Part shown: positions 19,460 to 30,310 of the stretch, piece after piece | Layout of the letters: every line of letters starts with the position of its first letter | Numbering within the stretch: position 1 is the first letter of the stretch | Assembly (NCBI GenBank): GCA_044223895.1 | Contig: JBGALL010000004.1 | Location: 1 to 50,131, forward strand | From: Candidatus Woesebacteria bacterium | GTDB taxonomy: Bacteria; Patescibacteriota; Microgenomatia; UBA10105; UBA927 | Reading direction: 5' to 3' | Length of the DNA stretch: 50,131 nt | The notes under the pieces: generated by a model | Database searches by the model: none | What the model was told of the DNA's origin: nothing | The model's input: the letters and a program-made list of their open reading frames with translations, nothing else | Translations under genes and position numbers: made by a program

Positions 19460-20449
19460 TCACGAAGAATATCCATTTGGATGACTCTCATGCCATTTCC
19501 ATGCGGAAGAGATGATAGATTCTATTTCGGAATGCTGAGGCTGCCAACCTAATTCATTGATTATCTTTCCTGGATCCGCAACCAAAATATTCGGATCACC
19601 AGCTCGACGTGGCTTTTCTAATACTGGAAAATCTTTTCCGGTAATTTTTTTAACAATATTTACCACTTCTTTATTGGTTGCCCCTTTTCCGGTAGCGACA
19701 TTATATACACTTGTTTGATGCCCATTCATTAATGCATCCAATGCAGCAAGATGAGCACTAGCCAAATCTTCGACATGAATATAATCACGCTCGCACGTCC
19801 CGTCTCTGGTCTCGTAGTCAGTTCCATATAAATAGAACTCATTTCTTTTCCCTAAAGCCGTATTAATAGCTAGCGGAATAATATGCGTTTCAGGATCATG
19901 ACTTTCACCATATTTACCATCAAATGAAGCACCACAAGCATTGAAGTAGCGCAGGCTGATTGATTCAATAGTATTCTTTCGACTATAGACATGTAAAAGA
20001 TGTTCGAAAGTCAATTTGGACAACCCATAAGGGCTAGATGGATTTTTAGGATGATCCTCAGGGATAGGAACGATACTTGGGAAGCCATACACCGCAGCAC
20101 TCGAGGAAAAGATAAAATATTTCACTTTAGCCTGCTCCATAGCATCCAAGATAGATACAGGACGTATCACATTATTGGTCATATATTTGACAGGGTCTTT
20201 TACGGATTCTTCAACTGATAAATAGGCAGCAAAATGAATGACAGCATCGTAAGATTGTTCAGCAAAAATCTTATCAAGAAGTTCCCGATCACCAATATTT
20301 CCAGTTATTAAGCGCACAGAATCTGGAATAGCCTCTTTATGACCGTGTTCTAAACTATCAAGAACAACAGTTTCGATGTTTTTTTGGTGCAACATCCGTA
20401 CCATGTGACTTCCAATATATCCTGCACCTCCGGTTACGAGTATTCTCAT
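19460..20449 (-). CDS. galE: UDP-glucose 4-epimerase family (GalE; substrate not certain)
   Basis: GGAGYIGSH, HFAAYLSVEES, PYGLSK, LRYFN and DGTCERDYIHV motifs. Confidence 0.9.
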   Translation of the reverse strand: MRILVTGGAGYIGSHMVRMLHQKNIETVVLDSLEHGHKEAIPDSVRLITGNIGDRELLDKIFAEQSYDAVIHFAAYLSVEESVKDPVKYMTNNVIRPVSILDAMEQAKVKYFIFSSSAAVYGFPSIVPIPEDHPKNPSSPYGLSKLTFEHLLHVYSRKNTIESISLRYFNACGASFDGKYGESHDPETHIIPLAINTALGKRNEFYLYGTDYETRDGTCERDYIHVEDLASAHLAALDALMNGHQTSVYNVATGKGATNKEVVNIVKKITGKDFPVLEKPRRAGDPNILVADPGKIINELGWQPQHSEIESIISSAWKWHESHPNGYSS

Positions 20450-20455
20450 ATTATG

Positions 20456-20677
20456 TTATTTTATCGCATTCTTTAGCGATTTGGGAATAAGAAATGATAG
20501 AAGAAGTAATAATGAACCATAAATAACCAGTCTTTCTGCACTAAAGAAAACCCAACGAATATATAATGGTATCGCAACAAGGTAACACAGCAGACCAACA
20601 GAAACAGCTATTCGCCTTTTATAAAAAATTAACAGGATAATTACTAAAGATCCAAAGACAACATCCTGTATTTTCAT
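20456..20677 (-). CDS. Small membrane protein (73 aa)
   Basis: Start MKIQDV overlaps the upstream stop (ATGA). Three hydrophobic segments. Confidence 0.65.
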   Translation of the reverse strand: MKIQDVVFGSLVIILLIFYKRRIAVSVGLLCYLVAIPLYIRWVFFSAERLVIYGSLLLLLSFLIPKSLKNAIK

Positions 20678-21618
20678 AATGAAGAATAATAGGCTATGGT
20701 TTGTTTTAAACCTTCCTCTAACTGCACATGAGGTTCCCATCCAGTCGCTGACTTTACCTTGGAAATATCTGGTCGTCTCACTAATGGATCATCTTGAGGT
20801 AATGGTTGGTGAACAATTTCACTACTACTCCCAGTCATTTTTTTAATTTGTGTGGCTAGTTCTGCCATCGTATATTCTTCCGGATTTCCCAGATTAACTA
20901 CTTCCCCGTTTAATGTTTGAGTCTCTATTACCCGCCAAATACCATTAACTAAATCTGTTACAAAACAAAATGATCTGGTTTGAGTTCCGTCTCCATAAAC
21001 CGTTAGTGGCGTTGATTGTAATGCCTGGTTTACAAAATTTGAAATAACTCTTCCATCGGTTGGACGCATTCGTGGTCCATAGGTATTAAAAATTCGAATA
21101 ATTCTCGTATTTACCGCGAATTTTCTATGATATAGCTGAACGATCATTTCACCATAACGTTTTGACTCGTCATAACATGATCTGATCCCATTTGGATTAA
21201 CATTTCCCCAATAGCTTTCTTTTTGGGGATGTTCTTTCGGATCACCATATACTTCAGAAGTTGAAGCAAATAATATCGTCGCTTGTTTCTCTTTGGCTAA
21301 CTGGAGCATATTTCTGGTTCCCACAGAATTAACCAGTGCTGTTTCTTCTGCAAATTTTTGATAATCTATGACTGATGCAGGTGAAGCAAAATGAAAGATA
21401 TAGTTAACTGGTTCATCAAGATGGATCTCTTCGCTAACATCGTGTTGAATAAATCTGAATAAAGAATTTTTTTGGGCGGAAGTAAGATTATTTAATGATC
21501 CGGTTATTAAATTATCTATAGCAATTACTTTGAATCCCTTTTGTAATAAAAAATCAACTAAGTTCGATCCAATAAAGCCTGCACCACCGGTTACAATACA
21601 TGTCTGTTGATTCGTCAT
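20674..21618 (-). CDS. uxs: UDP-glucuronate decarboxylase (UDP-xylose synthase)
   Basis: GGAGFIGS, HFASPAS, ASTSEVYGDP, YWGNVNPNGIRSCYDESKR and RIFNTYGPRM..DGRVISNF motifs. Confidence 0.9.
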   Translation of the reverse strand: MTNQQTCIVTGGAGFIGSNLVDFLLQKGFKVIAIDNLITGSLNNLTSAQKNSLFRFIQHDVSEEIHLDEPVNYIFHFASPASVIDYQKFAEETALVNSVGTRNMLQLAKEKQATILFASTSEVYGDPKEHPQKESYWGNVNPNGIRSCYDESKRYGEMIVQLYHRKFAVNTRIIRIFNTYGPRMRPTDGRVISNFVNQALQSTPLTVYGDGTQTRSFCFVTDLVNGIWRVIETQTLNGEVVNLGNPEEYTMAELATQIKKMTGSSSEIVHQPLPQDDPLVRRPDISKVKSATGWEPHVQLEEGLKQTIAYYSSL

Positions 21619-21625
21619 AGACTAG

Positions 21626-21634
21626 ATTGTATCA
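21626..21634 (-). promoter_or_regulatory. Extended -10 promoter (TGnTACAAT), leaderless-type, for uxs
   Basis: TGATACAAT ends 7 nt before the uxs ATG. A 12-bp perfect palindrome TCTGTTAACAGA (21635-21646) is adjacent. Confidence 0.55.
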
Positions 21635-21648
21635 TCTGTTAACAGAAT

Positions 21649-22674
21649 ATGAAAAAGAAAACTACAGTAGGAGTAGCAATTGTCGGAGCCGGCTACTGGG
21701 GTCCCAATTTTATTCGCAATTTTTCCACGATACCCGAATCAACAATTCAATATGTCTGTGATCTCGATAAAAAGCGTTTAAAGAAGATCAATCAACTGTA
21801 CCCTAATATAAAGACCACAACTAAATTTCAGGATGTATTAAATAGTAAAAAAGTTCAGGGGGTTATTATTGCAACTCCGGTAAAAACCCATTTTCCCCTA
21901 GCCAAAATGGCTCTCGAAGCTGGAAAACATGTTTTAGTAGAAAAGCCTATGACTGCAAAAGTTGAAGATGCAAAAGTATTGGTGAGTATTGCAGAAAAAA
22001 AGAAAACTGTGTTGATGGTTGATCATACCTTCGTATATCATCCCGCTGTCCAAAAAATGAAACAACTTATATTAAAAAAAGAGATAGGTGAATTGTTTTA
22101 TTTTGATTCAGTTCGTACTAATTTGGGTTTATTTCAAAACGACACCAATGTATTGTGGGATTTAGCAACCCATGATTTATCAATCATGGACTATCTGTTG
22201 AATCAAAATCCTACTGAAATTATTGCTATCGGTGCTTCTCATATTAGAAAAGATATTGAAAATGTGGTGTATGTGACAGTCCGTTACCCAGGAAGTTTGC
22301 TCGGACATATTCATGTAAACTGGTTAGCTCCAGTAAAACTTAGGACAATTTTATTATCTGGGTATCAGAAAATGATTGCTTACAACGACATGGAACCAAT
22401 TGAAAAAATAAAAATCTATGACCGAAGTATTCGTTACAAACAAAATCAGGAAAATATTAGTTGGAGCAAATATCGCTATCGAGTAGGTAATATCGAATCA
22501 CCGCATATTGGCGATGAAGAAGCCTTACATGTATTGTGTGAACACTTCGTTGAGTGTATCTTAGGAAATGCAAAACCAATTACTGGGGGTGAAGCGGGTT
22601 TACGGATTGTTACAATGCTTGAAGCTGCTCAACAATCTTTAACCAAAAATGGCCAGCCTGTACCGATGTTATGA
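21649..22674 (+). CDS. Gfo/Idh/MocA family oxidoreductase (sugar-nucleotide 3-dehydrogenase-like)
   Basis: VGAGYWG, GKHVLVEKP and WDLATHD motifs. Confidence 0.92.
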   Translation: MKKKTTVGVAIVGAGYWGPNFIRNFSTIPESTIQYVCDLDKKRLKKINQLYPNIKTTTKFQDVLNSKKVQGVIIATPVKTHFPLAKMALEAGKHVLVEKPMTAKVEDAKVLVSIAEKKKTVLMVDHTFVYHPAVQKMKQLILKKEIGELFYFDSVRTNLGLFQNDTNVLWDLATHDLSIMDYLLNQNPTEIIAIGASHIRKDIENVVYVTVRYPGSLLGHIHVNWLAPVKLRTILLSGYQKMIAYNDMEPIEKIKIYDRSIRYKQNQENISWSKYRYRVGNIESPHIGDEEALHVLCEHFVECILGNAKPITGGEAGLRIVTMLEAAQQSLTKNGQPVPML

Positions 22675-23783
22675 AAGTTCCCTTTGTAGATTTATCACGT
22701 ATTCACAAACCCCTAACAACAGAGATACTCAAGGCAATTGAGAATGTTATCGACTCCAATGGATTTATTTTAGGAAAAGAAGAGGAACAGTTTGAAAAAG
22801 AATTTACTAAGTATGAAGGAGCTAAGTTCGGAATTGGAGTCGCAAATGGTACTGATGGTATCCTCCTGGCTCTCAAAGCTTGTGGGATTAAACCAGGTGA
22901 CGAAGTTATTACCCAAGCCCATACCTTTATTGCCAGTGCTCTTGCAATAACTTATGCAGATGCTATTCCCGTATTTGCAGATATAGACCCTTTATCATTA
23001 ACACTCGACCCTCAATCGGCAGAAAAAATGATCACCAAAAAGACAAAAGCTCTTCTCCCGGTATGCCTCTATGGACAACCTGCAAATCTCAAAAAGTTAC
23101 AGAAATTAGCTTCAAAATATAAGCTCAAACTTATTTTGGATAACGCTCAAGCACACGGTGCAACCTATCAAAATAAAACCTTAGGAACCTATGGAGACGC
23201 TTGTTCTTATTCTTTTTATCCAGGTAAAAATTTGGGAGCTTTTGGTGATGGTGGATTTGTAACAACTAATTCAACTCTGGTAGAAAAAAATGTTCGACTA
23301 CTGCGAAATATCGGAAGGAACGGATGGTATCGTCATCCAGTAAAGGGTTATAACAGTAGACTTGATACGATACAAGCAGCAATCCTTTCAATTAAACTTA
23401 AACATCTTAATACCTGGACAGAAGAACGACGATCTCTGGCAAAGAGATATACTGAACTACTGAGTGATCTTCCTATTACCCTTCCACAAGAATTTCCTGA
23501 TAGAAAACATGTCTATCATCTCTATGTAATTCAAACCAAACAACGTGAAAAACTTATAAATTTTTTAGAAGAGCAAGGCATCCATAGTTCAATCCATTAT
23601 CCTGTTCCGGTACATAAACAACCAGCTTACAAAGAACTTCCTAAGAAAAAATTGCCGGTCTCAGAACGAGTTGCCAAAGAAGTTGTCTCTTTACCTTTCT
23701 TCGTCGGGATGACTCATACAGAGCAAGATTACGTAATCGAAAAACTAACATTATTTTATTCTCGCACATCCAAGACAAGATGA
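22671..23783 (+). CDS. DegT/DnrJ/EryC1/StrS aminotransferase
   Basis: NGTD, DNAQAHG, SFYPGKNLGAFGDGG and NSRLDTIQAA motifs. Confidence 0.95.
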   Translation: MKVPFVDLSRIHKPLTTEILKAIENVIDSNGFILGKEEEQFEKEFTKYEGAKFGIGVANGTDGILLALKACGIKPGDEVITQAHTFIASALAITYADAIPVFADIDPLSLTLDPQSAEKMITKKTKALLPVCLYGQPANLKKLQKLASKYKLKLILDNAQAHGATYQNKTLGTYGDACSYSFYPGKNLGAFGDGGFVTTNSTLVEKNVRLLRNIGRNGWYRHPVKGYNSRLDTIQAAILSIKLKHLNTWTEERRSLAKRYTELLSDLPITLPQEFPDRKHVYHLYVIQTKQREKLINFLEEQGIHSSIHYPVPVHKQPAYKELPKKKLPVSERVAKEVVSLPFFVGMTHTEQDYVIEKLTLFYSRTSKTR

Positions 23784-25633
23784 TTGAAATCATCTAGAAC
23801 CACTGGAAACGTTTTTTCGAGTAATGGCCTGTTAATAGTGTAAGGGAAATCTTTTTTATCTTGGGGAGGTAAAATAATATAATCAACCTCAGTATCAGCA
23901 ACAGCATAACGAAGACTCTCACTATCTTCCACCTCAAAAACATTTCTAATTCTATCAGCCCTGGCGTTATCAGCTTCTGTAAGGAGACTCGCAGGTATTT
24001 TAAAAAACCCGTAATAGTTTTTTCTTCCTGCTAAGGTTACTGGATCAAAAATATCTTCGTAGGAAAGGAAAACTGCATTTTTGGGAGTATTCTGATTTAT
24101 AAATGAAACAATTGATCCATAGGTCGTCAGATCAACAGGAAACATGTAATCATTTTTGATAACCATAAAATCTATTATTCCTGACAGAAACAATAGGGGC
24201 AGTCCTAGGTAGAGTATACGGGTAATTTTTTTATGTAATTCCCCAAGATATACAATACCTGCTGCAGCAAAAAAACTGGTTACCACCAGAAACACATTCA
24301 GGAACTTTTGGTCGATTACACCGAGTGGAATATTAATAACCATAAATATCGCCACCAGCAAAAACATCGGTAAAAAAACCCCTCTCGGTTTCTTATGTTT
24401 GAACAAACCTACTAGTATAAAAATTAGTGAAATTCCATAATTGGCCAGAAAAAATTCCACCAGCCAAAAAGGATGACTCTGTCCTTCACTACTAACGACA
24501 GATCCTTTTGGACCTGTAAAAAAATGAATTACTCCTCTAGAGATGTAAGGCAGCCAGGGACGAATAAATAGGAGAGTTATAAAAGTAGCATTAGAAAATA
24601 ATATAAACCCGTCTCGCCACCTTCTTTTGAGAATTAAGGTAAGTAGTAAAGATACTAATAGACCTGCAGTCAAAACAATGTGCCATAAGGTAAGCATGCC
24701 GACTAGTAGAGAGAACACAAAGATCATTGGGGTATGTAACTTTTTTTCTTCTAAATACTGATGGAACAGTATATATATAAGAAAGAAAAACGCCAAAGAA
24801 ATACCCAAGTGTCGTTGATTTACAAACACATTTAAGGTAAAAAACAGCGAATAGATTGATCCGTCGAATGGTCCTGCAAAAAGATAATTTGGATTGTGAA
24901 GAATAGAAGTAAGGTTTATTCCAAACTTTTGAAAAAATGGAATGAACATTAATCCTCCATGGAAAATGCAACCAATCAGCGCAACTAGACCAATGCTCGC
25001 CTTTCCGAATACTCTCTTCCCAAGCGAATAGACTACTAATAAAAACAAACTAAATCCAATAATACTAGGAAGATTTACTGCATAATTTAGTGGAAGACCA
25101 AAATGCTCAAATAACGCCGACCAGAATTGAAAAAGAAAATGATACGGATGTTCAGTCCCTGCAATAAATGGTGATGTATAGGGAATGTTTTGTCCCCAAG
25201 ACATTGAACGCAAGATTGAAAGTGCATGACCAAAATCAAATACGGCATTTCTGGCAATTTGAAGCGTTCCATTACTACTAACTTTAAAGGTCTTAAACAT
25301 AATATAAGTAGCCACAGATAAGGAAATTATCACGGCAAAAACATCAGGAAGTGAGAGACCTTGTAAAGAAATATTTTTGAATATTTTTTTTCTTTTCATC
25401 CAGGTTAATGCGAAGCTGATAATTGTAAAAAGTGACACCGCCAAAAACAAGGGATCATTCATTGAAGATAATAGACAGGCTATTGCATAGGTTAGCGGAA
25501 GTGAGACTAATAACCCTAGGGTGATAATGATAGTCACCGAAAATAATAGGTCTTTTATTCCAGAAAAGAAAGTTTTGTAGAGCCAGAGTCCTACAAAAAA
25601 TATAGATAGATGATAAAACACTACAATTAACAT
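23756..25633 (-). CDS. GT-C-type multipass membrane protein
   Basis: About 13 TM segments. Loop DFGH..ILRS..WGQN.P and YHFLF motifs. C-terminal soluble domain with TPKNAVFL, LAGRK and VDYI. Confidence 0.75.
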   Translation of the reverse strand: MLIVVFYHLSIFFVGLWLYKTFFSGIKDLLFSVTIIITLGLLVSLPLTYAIACLLSSMNDPLFLAVSLFTIISFALTWMKRKKIFKNISLQGLSLPDVFAVIISLSVATYIMFKTFKVSSNGTLQIARNAVFDFGHALSILRSMSWGQNIPYTSPFIAGTEHPYHFLFQFWSALFEHFGLPLNYAVNLPSIIGFSLFLLVVYSLGKRVFGKASIGLVALIGCIFHGGLMFIPFFQKFGINLTSILHNPNYLFAGPFDGSIYSLFFTLNVFVNQRHLGISLAFFFLIYILFHQYLEEKKLHTPMIFVFSLLVGMLTLWHIVLTAGLLVSLLLTLILKRRWRDGFILFSNATFITLLFIRPWLPYISRGVIHFFTGPKGSVVSSEGQSHPFWLVEFFLANYGISLIFILVGLFKHKKPRGVFLPMFLLVAIFMVINIPLGVIDQKFLNVFLVVTSFFAAAGIVYLGELHKKITRILYLGLPLLFLSGIIDFMVIKNDYMFPVDLTTYGSIVSFINQNTPKNAVFLSYEDIFDPVTLAGRKNYYGFFKIPASLLTEADNARADRIRNVFEVEDSESLRYAVADTEVDYIILPPQDKKDFPYTINRPLLEKTFPVVLDDFNHLVLDVRE

Positions 25634-25634
25634 T

Positions 25635-27491
25635 TTATTTTCTCCAAAAAACTATCAATGAGAGACAACAGATAATGAAACCTGTCCCAGATATAATAGC
25701 TCCCCAAGCGGCAACCCGATTAGGAAGATAATAGAGTGTACCTGTCTGTGATTCACCAGAGGTAATCATAAAATTCATAAGATGTTGCCCAGTTTCAACT
25801 GGTTCGAATGATTTATTATCGACGATTAATCGCCAATTTGGATCAAAGGCAATTAAAGTTGTCAAAATACTAGTATCTTCCCTATTAGGTAGAGGAATAG
25901 TCCAGCTGTTATGGCCGTATTTAACGTTTCCGATAATGACTGTGTTTAGGCTAAAAAGGCTATCATGCTCAATCACTTTATAGACTGCTAATCTAGAAAA
26001 ACTAGAAAGTTTTTGGAGATCAGTATGTCTGTCTAGTTCCGAAATAATCATTTCCCGTAGAGATTCCTTATAAGTATAATCATCTATGAAGATTTTATGT
26101 TCTGTATCCTCTGGGACGATAATATATGATACGCCAGCACTTTTGATTTTTGTAAGATTGTTATTTAGTTGTAATTCCCTAATTATTCCTGCTGGCGAGC
26201 TTTCAGAAAAAACAGATGCTGAGCTTAAACTCGGATGGAGAGCGCTTGAATATCCAAAGCGTTCAACTGTAGGAAACCATAGCGTTCTACCAAAATCATT
26301 ATCAGCTATTAAGACATTTTTAAGTGTCTCATAATCGTGGGTTATAACCGGAGGAGTTACATTGCCAGTAACTTTACCCAAGAAAACTAGTCGTAAAGAG
26401 AATATCCAAAATAGAAGAATAACAATAATAATTCCTTTAAATAATTTTTTTGATACATAGTCTGTAAATTGAGGCAGTAGGAGTGAATATCCTAAGGCAG
26501 TTAAGACATACCACTTGGTAGGATCACGAAACAAAAAAAATCCCGGCACATGCGCATACAACCATTCATATACCGTTCCTAACGGTTCCTGTACTCCCTT
26601 CCCCAAAAAAGCACCAAGTAAGATAATTACACCGAAAAATATGGAAATTGGTGCTGGTGACTCTTGTAAGAAAATACTAAAAGCTAGAATCGGAATTATT
26701 AAAAATTCAGGTTTAAAAAAGTAAACTCTCCCAAATAAATTTTCAGGATAATTTGGATGTAGCATTGATAGTGAGTGACTAAAATCAGCGACACTGAAAA
26801 AAGATAAACCTGATATACCAGTTTTTTGAACAAAACTCACAGCTAAACTATCTTTAAATACGATTGTGGGTAATATCCAAAAAGCATTTAGCACGATCAA
26901 AATACACGGTATTAAAAGACTATACTGAGTTATTTTCAACTGTTTTCTGAATACTAGAAAAGAAGTTAACAAGACCAGGAGAAGTAAGGTTATGAATGCC
27001 AGACGAATATCCAATAAGACCAAAAATGATACCAGCATTCCAGTCGCAACAGAATGAAAAAGTAATTTTTTAGGTTTTCGGAAGTAAATAAGTGCTGAAT
27101 ATAAAACCCATGGAACAAGCGAATAAGCGAGTGAGACTCCTAATTGTCCACCATCAAACAACAATAAAATATATGTATTAGTTGTATAGATCAGGGAACC
27201 GAATAAAGAAGCATAGTGAGATATTTTTAGGTGTTTACAAAGTGTATACATTCCCAAAATAGCAATACTAAACACAACAAACCACCATATTTTGTCAATC
27301 AAAAACCATGATAGTCCCAATCGATAGAGTAAATAAGTAATAACTCTAAAGGGATAATCTATCCATAAAGATGGCAAAGCACTTATTCCAAATTCTTCAT
27401 TACTCCTCCAAACCTCGGGTAAAAACGATAACCCTTGTAATTGTTCAAGGAAGAAAAAAGGAGCATCACCGGCCGCAAAAAAGAAATTCAT
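25635..27491 (-). CDS. AftD/DUF3367-like GT-C membrane protein
   Basis: AGD loop, LGKG..EPLG, GFFLFRDPTKW and GRTLWFP motifs. C-terminal AFDPNW plus a TM. Confidence 0.72.
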   Translation of the reverse strand: MNFFFAAGDAPFFFLEQLQGLSFLPEVWRSNEEFGISALPSLWIDYPFRVITYLLYRLGLSWFLIDKIWWFVVFSIAILGMYTLCKHLKISHYASLFGSLIYTTNTYILLLFDGGQLGVSLAYSLVPWVLYSALIYFRKPKKLLFHSVATGMLVSFLVLLDIRLAFITLLLLVLLTSFLVFRKQLKITQYSLLIPCILIVLNAFWILPTIVFKDSLAVSFVQKTGISGLSFFSVADFSHSLSMLHPNYPENLFGRVYFFKPEFLIIPILAFSIFLQESPAPISIFFGVIILLGAFLGKGVQEPLGTVYEWLYAHVPGFFLFRDPTKWYVLTALGYSLLLPQFTDYVSKKLFKGIIIVILLFWIFSLRLVFLGKVTGNVTPPVITHDYETLKNVLIADNDFGRTLWFPTVERFGYSSALHPSLSSASVFSESSPAGIIRELQLNNNLTKIKSAGVSYIIVPEDTEHKIFIDDYTYKESLREMIISELDRHTDLQKLSSFSRLAVYKVIEHDSLFSLNTVIIGNVKYGHNSWTIPLPNREDTSILTTLIAFDPNWRLIVDNKSFEPVETGQHLMNFMITSGESQTGTLYYLPNRVAAWGAIISGTGFIICCLSLIVFWRK

Positions 27492-27495
27492 AGAA

Positions 27496-30306
27496 TTACA
27501 TTAAAACTAGATAAATAAGACTACTTACCAAACTTAATCCACTTATAAATAATCCTTTGTAAAAGGCAACTTGTGGTGCATATTCAATTTTTGGAAGTTC
27601 AGTTGTTTCAGAAGGTGCAATCCATCCGTTTGCATAGCCATTTACTGGTACATGAAGGGCAGTTTTATAGCCAGATGAAGTTAATTTCCATCGAGTATCA
27701 AACGTATAAGGAAATATGAATATATTACGAGGTTTATTAGTGAGAACAGAACTATCTGAATTAATAAAACTGAAAAATATTTTTGGGGGCATATCAGAAT
27801 GACGTGGAACTACGATCCGATAATATCCAGATTCATACGTATTGAGAACACCATTTTGTATCACTTTGTCATTTACTGATAAAGAAGTGACAGAACTTGC
27901 CGTCTGAATACGATAGGTTCCCTTCATGGGAACGGTTATTCCGTAACGATAATATTTTTGATCGGAAACCCAAAGTTTGTTTTCTAGTTCAGATATAATT
28001 GTGCGAGTAAATGTTTGTACTTCATCTGTACCAGATTCCGCTTGTTTTCGTAAAAATCCTAGTACACGTGATGTATAAATATCTTCGTCTCTGCCATCTA
28101 ATTGACCCAAAGTTTTCATTATTTTTTCAAGGTAACTATTATATTCTGCCAAACTTTTATCTTGAGCAGCTTGTGACTTGCCTAAGCGCTTTAACTTCAA
28201 GTATTCACTTTCTTTTAACAATGCAGTTGATAAGAAACTGTCGATTTGCTGAGTGTTAGTTGCAGTAGAAGGTATTGTCAATTTCCGCGACACTAGAAAT
28301 GGATACAGCCAAGATTCAGGAAGAATTTTAGCATCTGGAAGAGATATTGATTGCGTAAATTTGGAATATTCATTTTCTGAACAGAAATAACACTCGGCTT
28401 GCAAACCAATCATCTTTGGATGCAGATTGTCAGCAGTCTTCCAATCCGTGGTAATTGCCGCCGACTCCGAGGAAACAAACTCGCTCACCGTAGGTACATT
28501 TACTAATGGAAGAATTACTTCCTGAATATAGGGATCAACTGTCTGCGTAGAGAAATTATAGATACTCCATGCTCCTTCAGATTTAGTAGCTTCTCCAGCA
28601 ATTTCTTGAAGAAATTTTTCATCGAATGCTCTTGAGGAAGATGATAATGATGATTGGACATCCCCACGATACAGTATCGTACTTATTCGCAGTATGTTTG
28701 CTAATCGCAAAAAAGTTGTTTTGTCTTTAAGATAAAGAGCATCATAAAGCGCCTGAACTATTTCATCAGATGAATCATTGGCTACAATTATTCTGTTAGA
28801 AATGATTCTTGGTAGGGCATCCAAACTATAGTATCCCCAGTTGTAGGTATCTATTGGCTTGTTTATAAATCCTTTATCTAGTTCAGGGACAAGCAACACC
28901 CTACCAGAATCTATTTTCTGATCTAATTCTCTAGCAATAGATTGTACATACAATGGGAGATGTACTCTGGTTGTAAAATCTGAGGAAAACTGAAAGAAAT
29001 TTGGGAAGAAGAATGGAAAATGATAAATGAGAAGTCCAACAAGTATCATCACTCCGATAGTTTTAATTTTATTCATATGATCGATACCAAGCTGTAGAAA
29101 ATATCCACTCAAAACAATAATTGATAACCACAGTACAGGAGCGAATTTATACAAACTTGATCGAAATATTATGAACCCAGGAATTTTTCTCATCAAAAGC
29201 AAATATATAAATCCTGTTGGAGCATGCGATCCAGCGCTGAAAAACAGCCCAACTACAAGTAAAATAAATACTAGCCATAAAAAATATTTATGTCTGTGAG
29301 AAGTTTTCTTTCGAAAAAACAAAATTCCTAAACAGATACTCATCACAGGAATATAACTAAAAAATATTAGTAATGGATTGTGAAGAAATTGTTGTGAAAA
29401 TGGATGTGAGGCGTTATTGTACCAATCAGGGATTCCTTGCAGTCGTAATAAATTTGGAATCGATGCAAATTTACTAATTTCTCGCTCCCAGGCAATGATG
29501 CCTTCAACTCCGCCCTCAGATGAAACAGCGCCACTATATGTACCACGAATTAAATCTATTTGGGGCAAGATCCAATATGAATTTAATAGGAAAAACATTC
29601 CCAAAAAAGAAAAAATTATTGATATTGATCTTATTAGGGATGGTATACCTTTAGCTTTTAACTCTAGTAGCGAGAAGAAACTCCAGGTAAGAAACCAAAC
29701 AATAACTGAGGCTCCAAATAACGGCGGTGATCCTCCCCCATTACAAAAAAAATAAAGCAATCCAAAGAGAATAGCTCCACGAATCACTGAAATCCGTTTT
29801 TCAAAGACTGCGATGAATAAAACGATCGATACTGGTAAGGCTGCATAAAGAGAAAATTTAGCTCTTTCTGCAATAAACCATGCTTGTAATATATAAAAAT
29901 TAAATATCCAAAAAATACTGGTATAAAGTCGAAGAAACCATTTATTTTTTTCTGGAAACAAAAAAAGCATCGCCCCATACATTGAAATACCCATAAGAAA
30001 AAACCAAAAGATAAACACCAACGGTTGAGCAACTTCTAGCGATCCAAATATGTTTTGTAGAATTAATTCCGGAAGTTGAATTATCAGAAATCCTTTATAC
30101 AGAGACCAGTCCACCCCAGTATTTACTGAAGGGTTAAAAGTATTCCATAGCATTTCCATGTGATGAGTGATATTGAACCTAAATCCACTGTCATGACCAA
30201 TTATCACTGATCCGTTTCCAAACCATAACAGAGGTGTCAGAGAGAGAATGAATAGTATGAGGAGTTCGAAGAGAATATATTTCCGTACATGTCGTAAGAA
30301 TTTCAT
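27496..30306 (-). CDS. AftD/DUF3367-like GT-C membrane protein with a large extracellular region
   Basis: IGHDSG, NSYWILP, GFIIFRSSLYKF, RVLLVP and VNGYANGW motifs plus a C-terminal TM. Start placed at MKFLRH. Confidence 0.75.
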   Translation of the reverse strand: MKFLRHVRKYILFELLILFILSLTPLLWFGNGSVIIGHDSGFRFNITHHMEMLWNTFNPSVNTGVDWSLYKGFLIIQLPELILQNIFGSLEVAQPLVFIFWFFLMGISMYGAMLFLFPEKNKWFLRLYTSIFWIFNFYILQAWFIAERAKFSLYAALPVSIVLFIAVFEKRISVIRGAILFGLLYFFCNGGGSPPLFGASVIVWFLTWSFFSLLELKAKGIPSLIRSISIIFSFLGMFFLLNSYWILPQIDLIRGTYSGAVSSEGGVEGIIAWEREISKFASIPNLLRLQGIPDWYNNASHPFSQQFLHNPLLIFFSYIPVMSICLGILFFRKKTSHRHKYFLWLVFILLVVGLFFSAGSHAPTGFIYLLLMRKIPGFIIFRSSLYKFAPVLWLSIIVLSGYFLQLGIDHMNKIKTIGVMILVGLLIYHFPFFFPNFFQFSSDFTTRVHLPLYVQSIARELDQKIDSGRVLLVPELDKGFINKPIDTYNWGYYSLDALPRIISNRIIVANDSSDEIVQALYDALYLKDKTTFLRLANILRISTILYRGDVQSSLSSSSRAFDEKFLQEIAGEATKSEGAWSIYNFSTQTVDPYIQEVILPLVNVPTVSEFVSSESAAITTDWKTADNLHPKMIGLQAECYFCSENEYSKFTQSISLPDAKILPESWLYPFLVSRKLTIPSTATNTQQIDSFLSTALLKESEYLKLKRLGKSQAAQDKSLAEYNSYLEKIMKTLGQLDGRDEDIYTSRVLGFLRKQAESGTDEVQTFTRTIISELENKLWVSDQKYYRYGITVPMKGTYRIQTASSVTSLSVNDKVIQNGVLNTYESGYYRIVVPRHSDMPPKIFFSFINSDSSVLTNKPRNIFIFPYTFDTRWKLTSSGYKTALHVPVNGYANGWIAPSETTELPKIEYAPQVAFYKGLFISGLSLVSSLIYLVLM

Positions 30307-30310
30307 GTCA

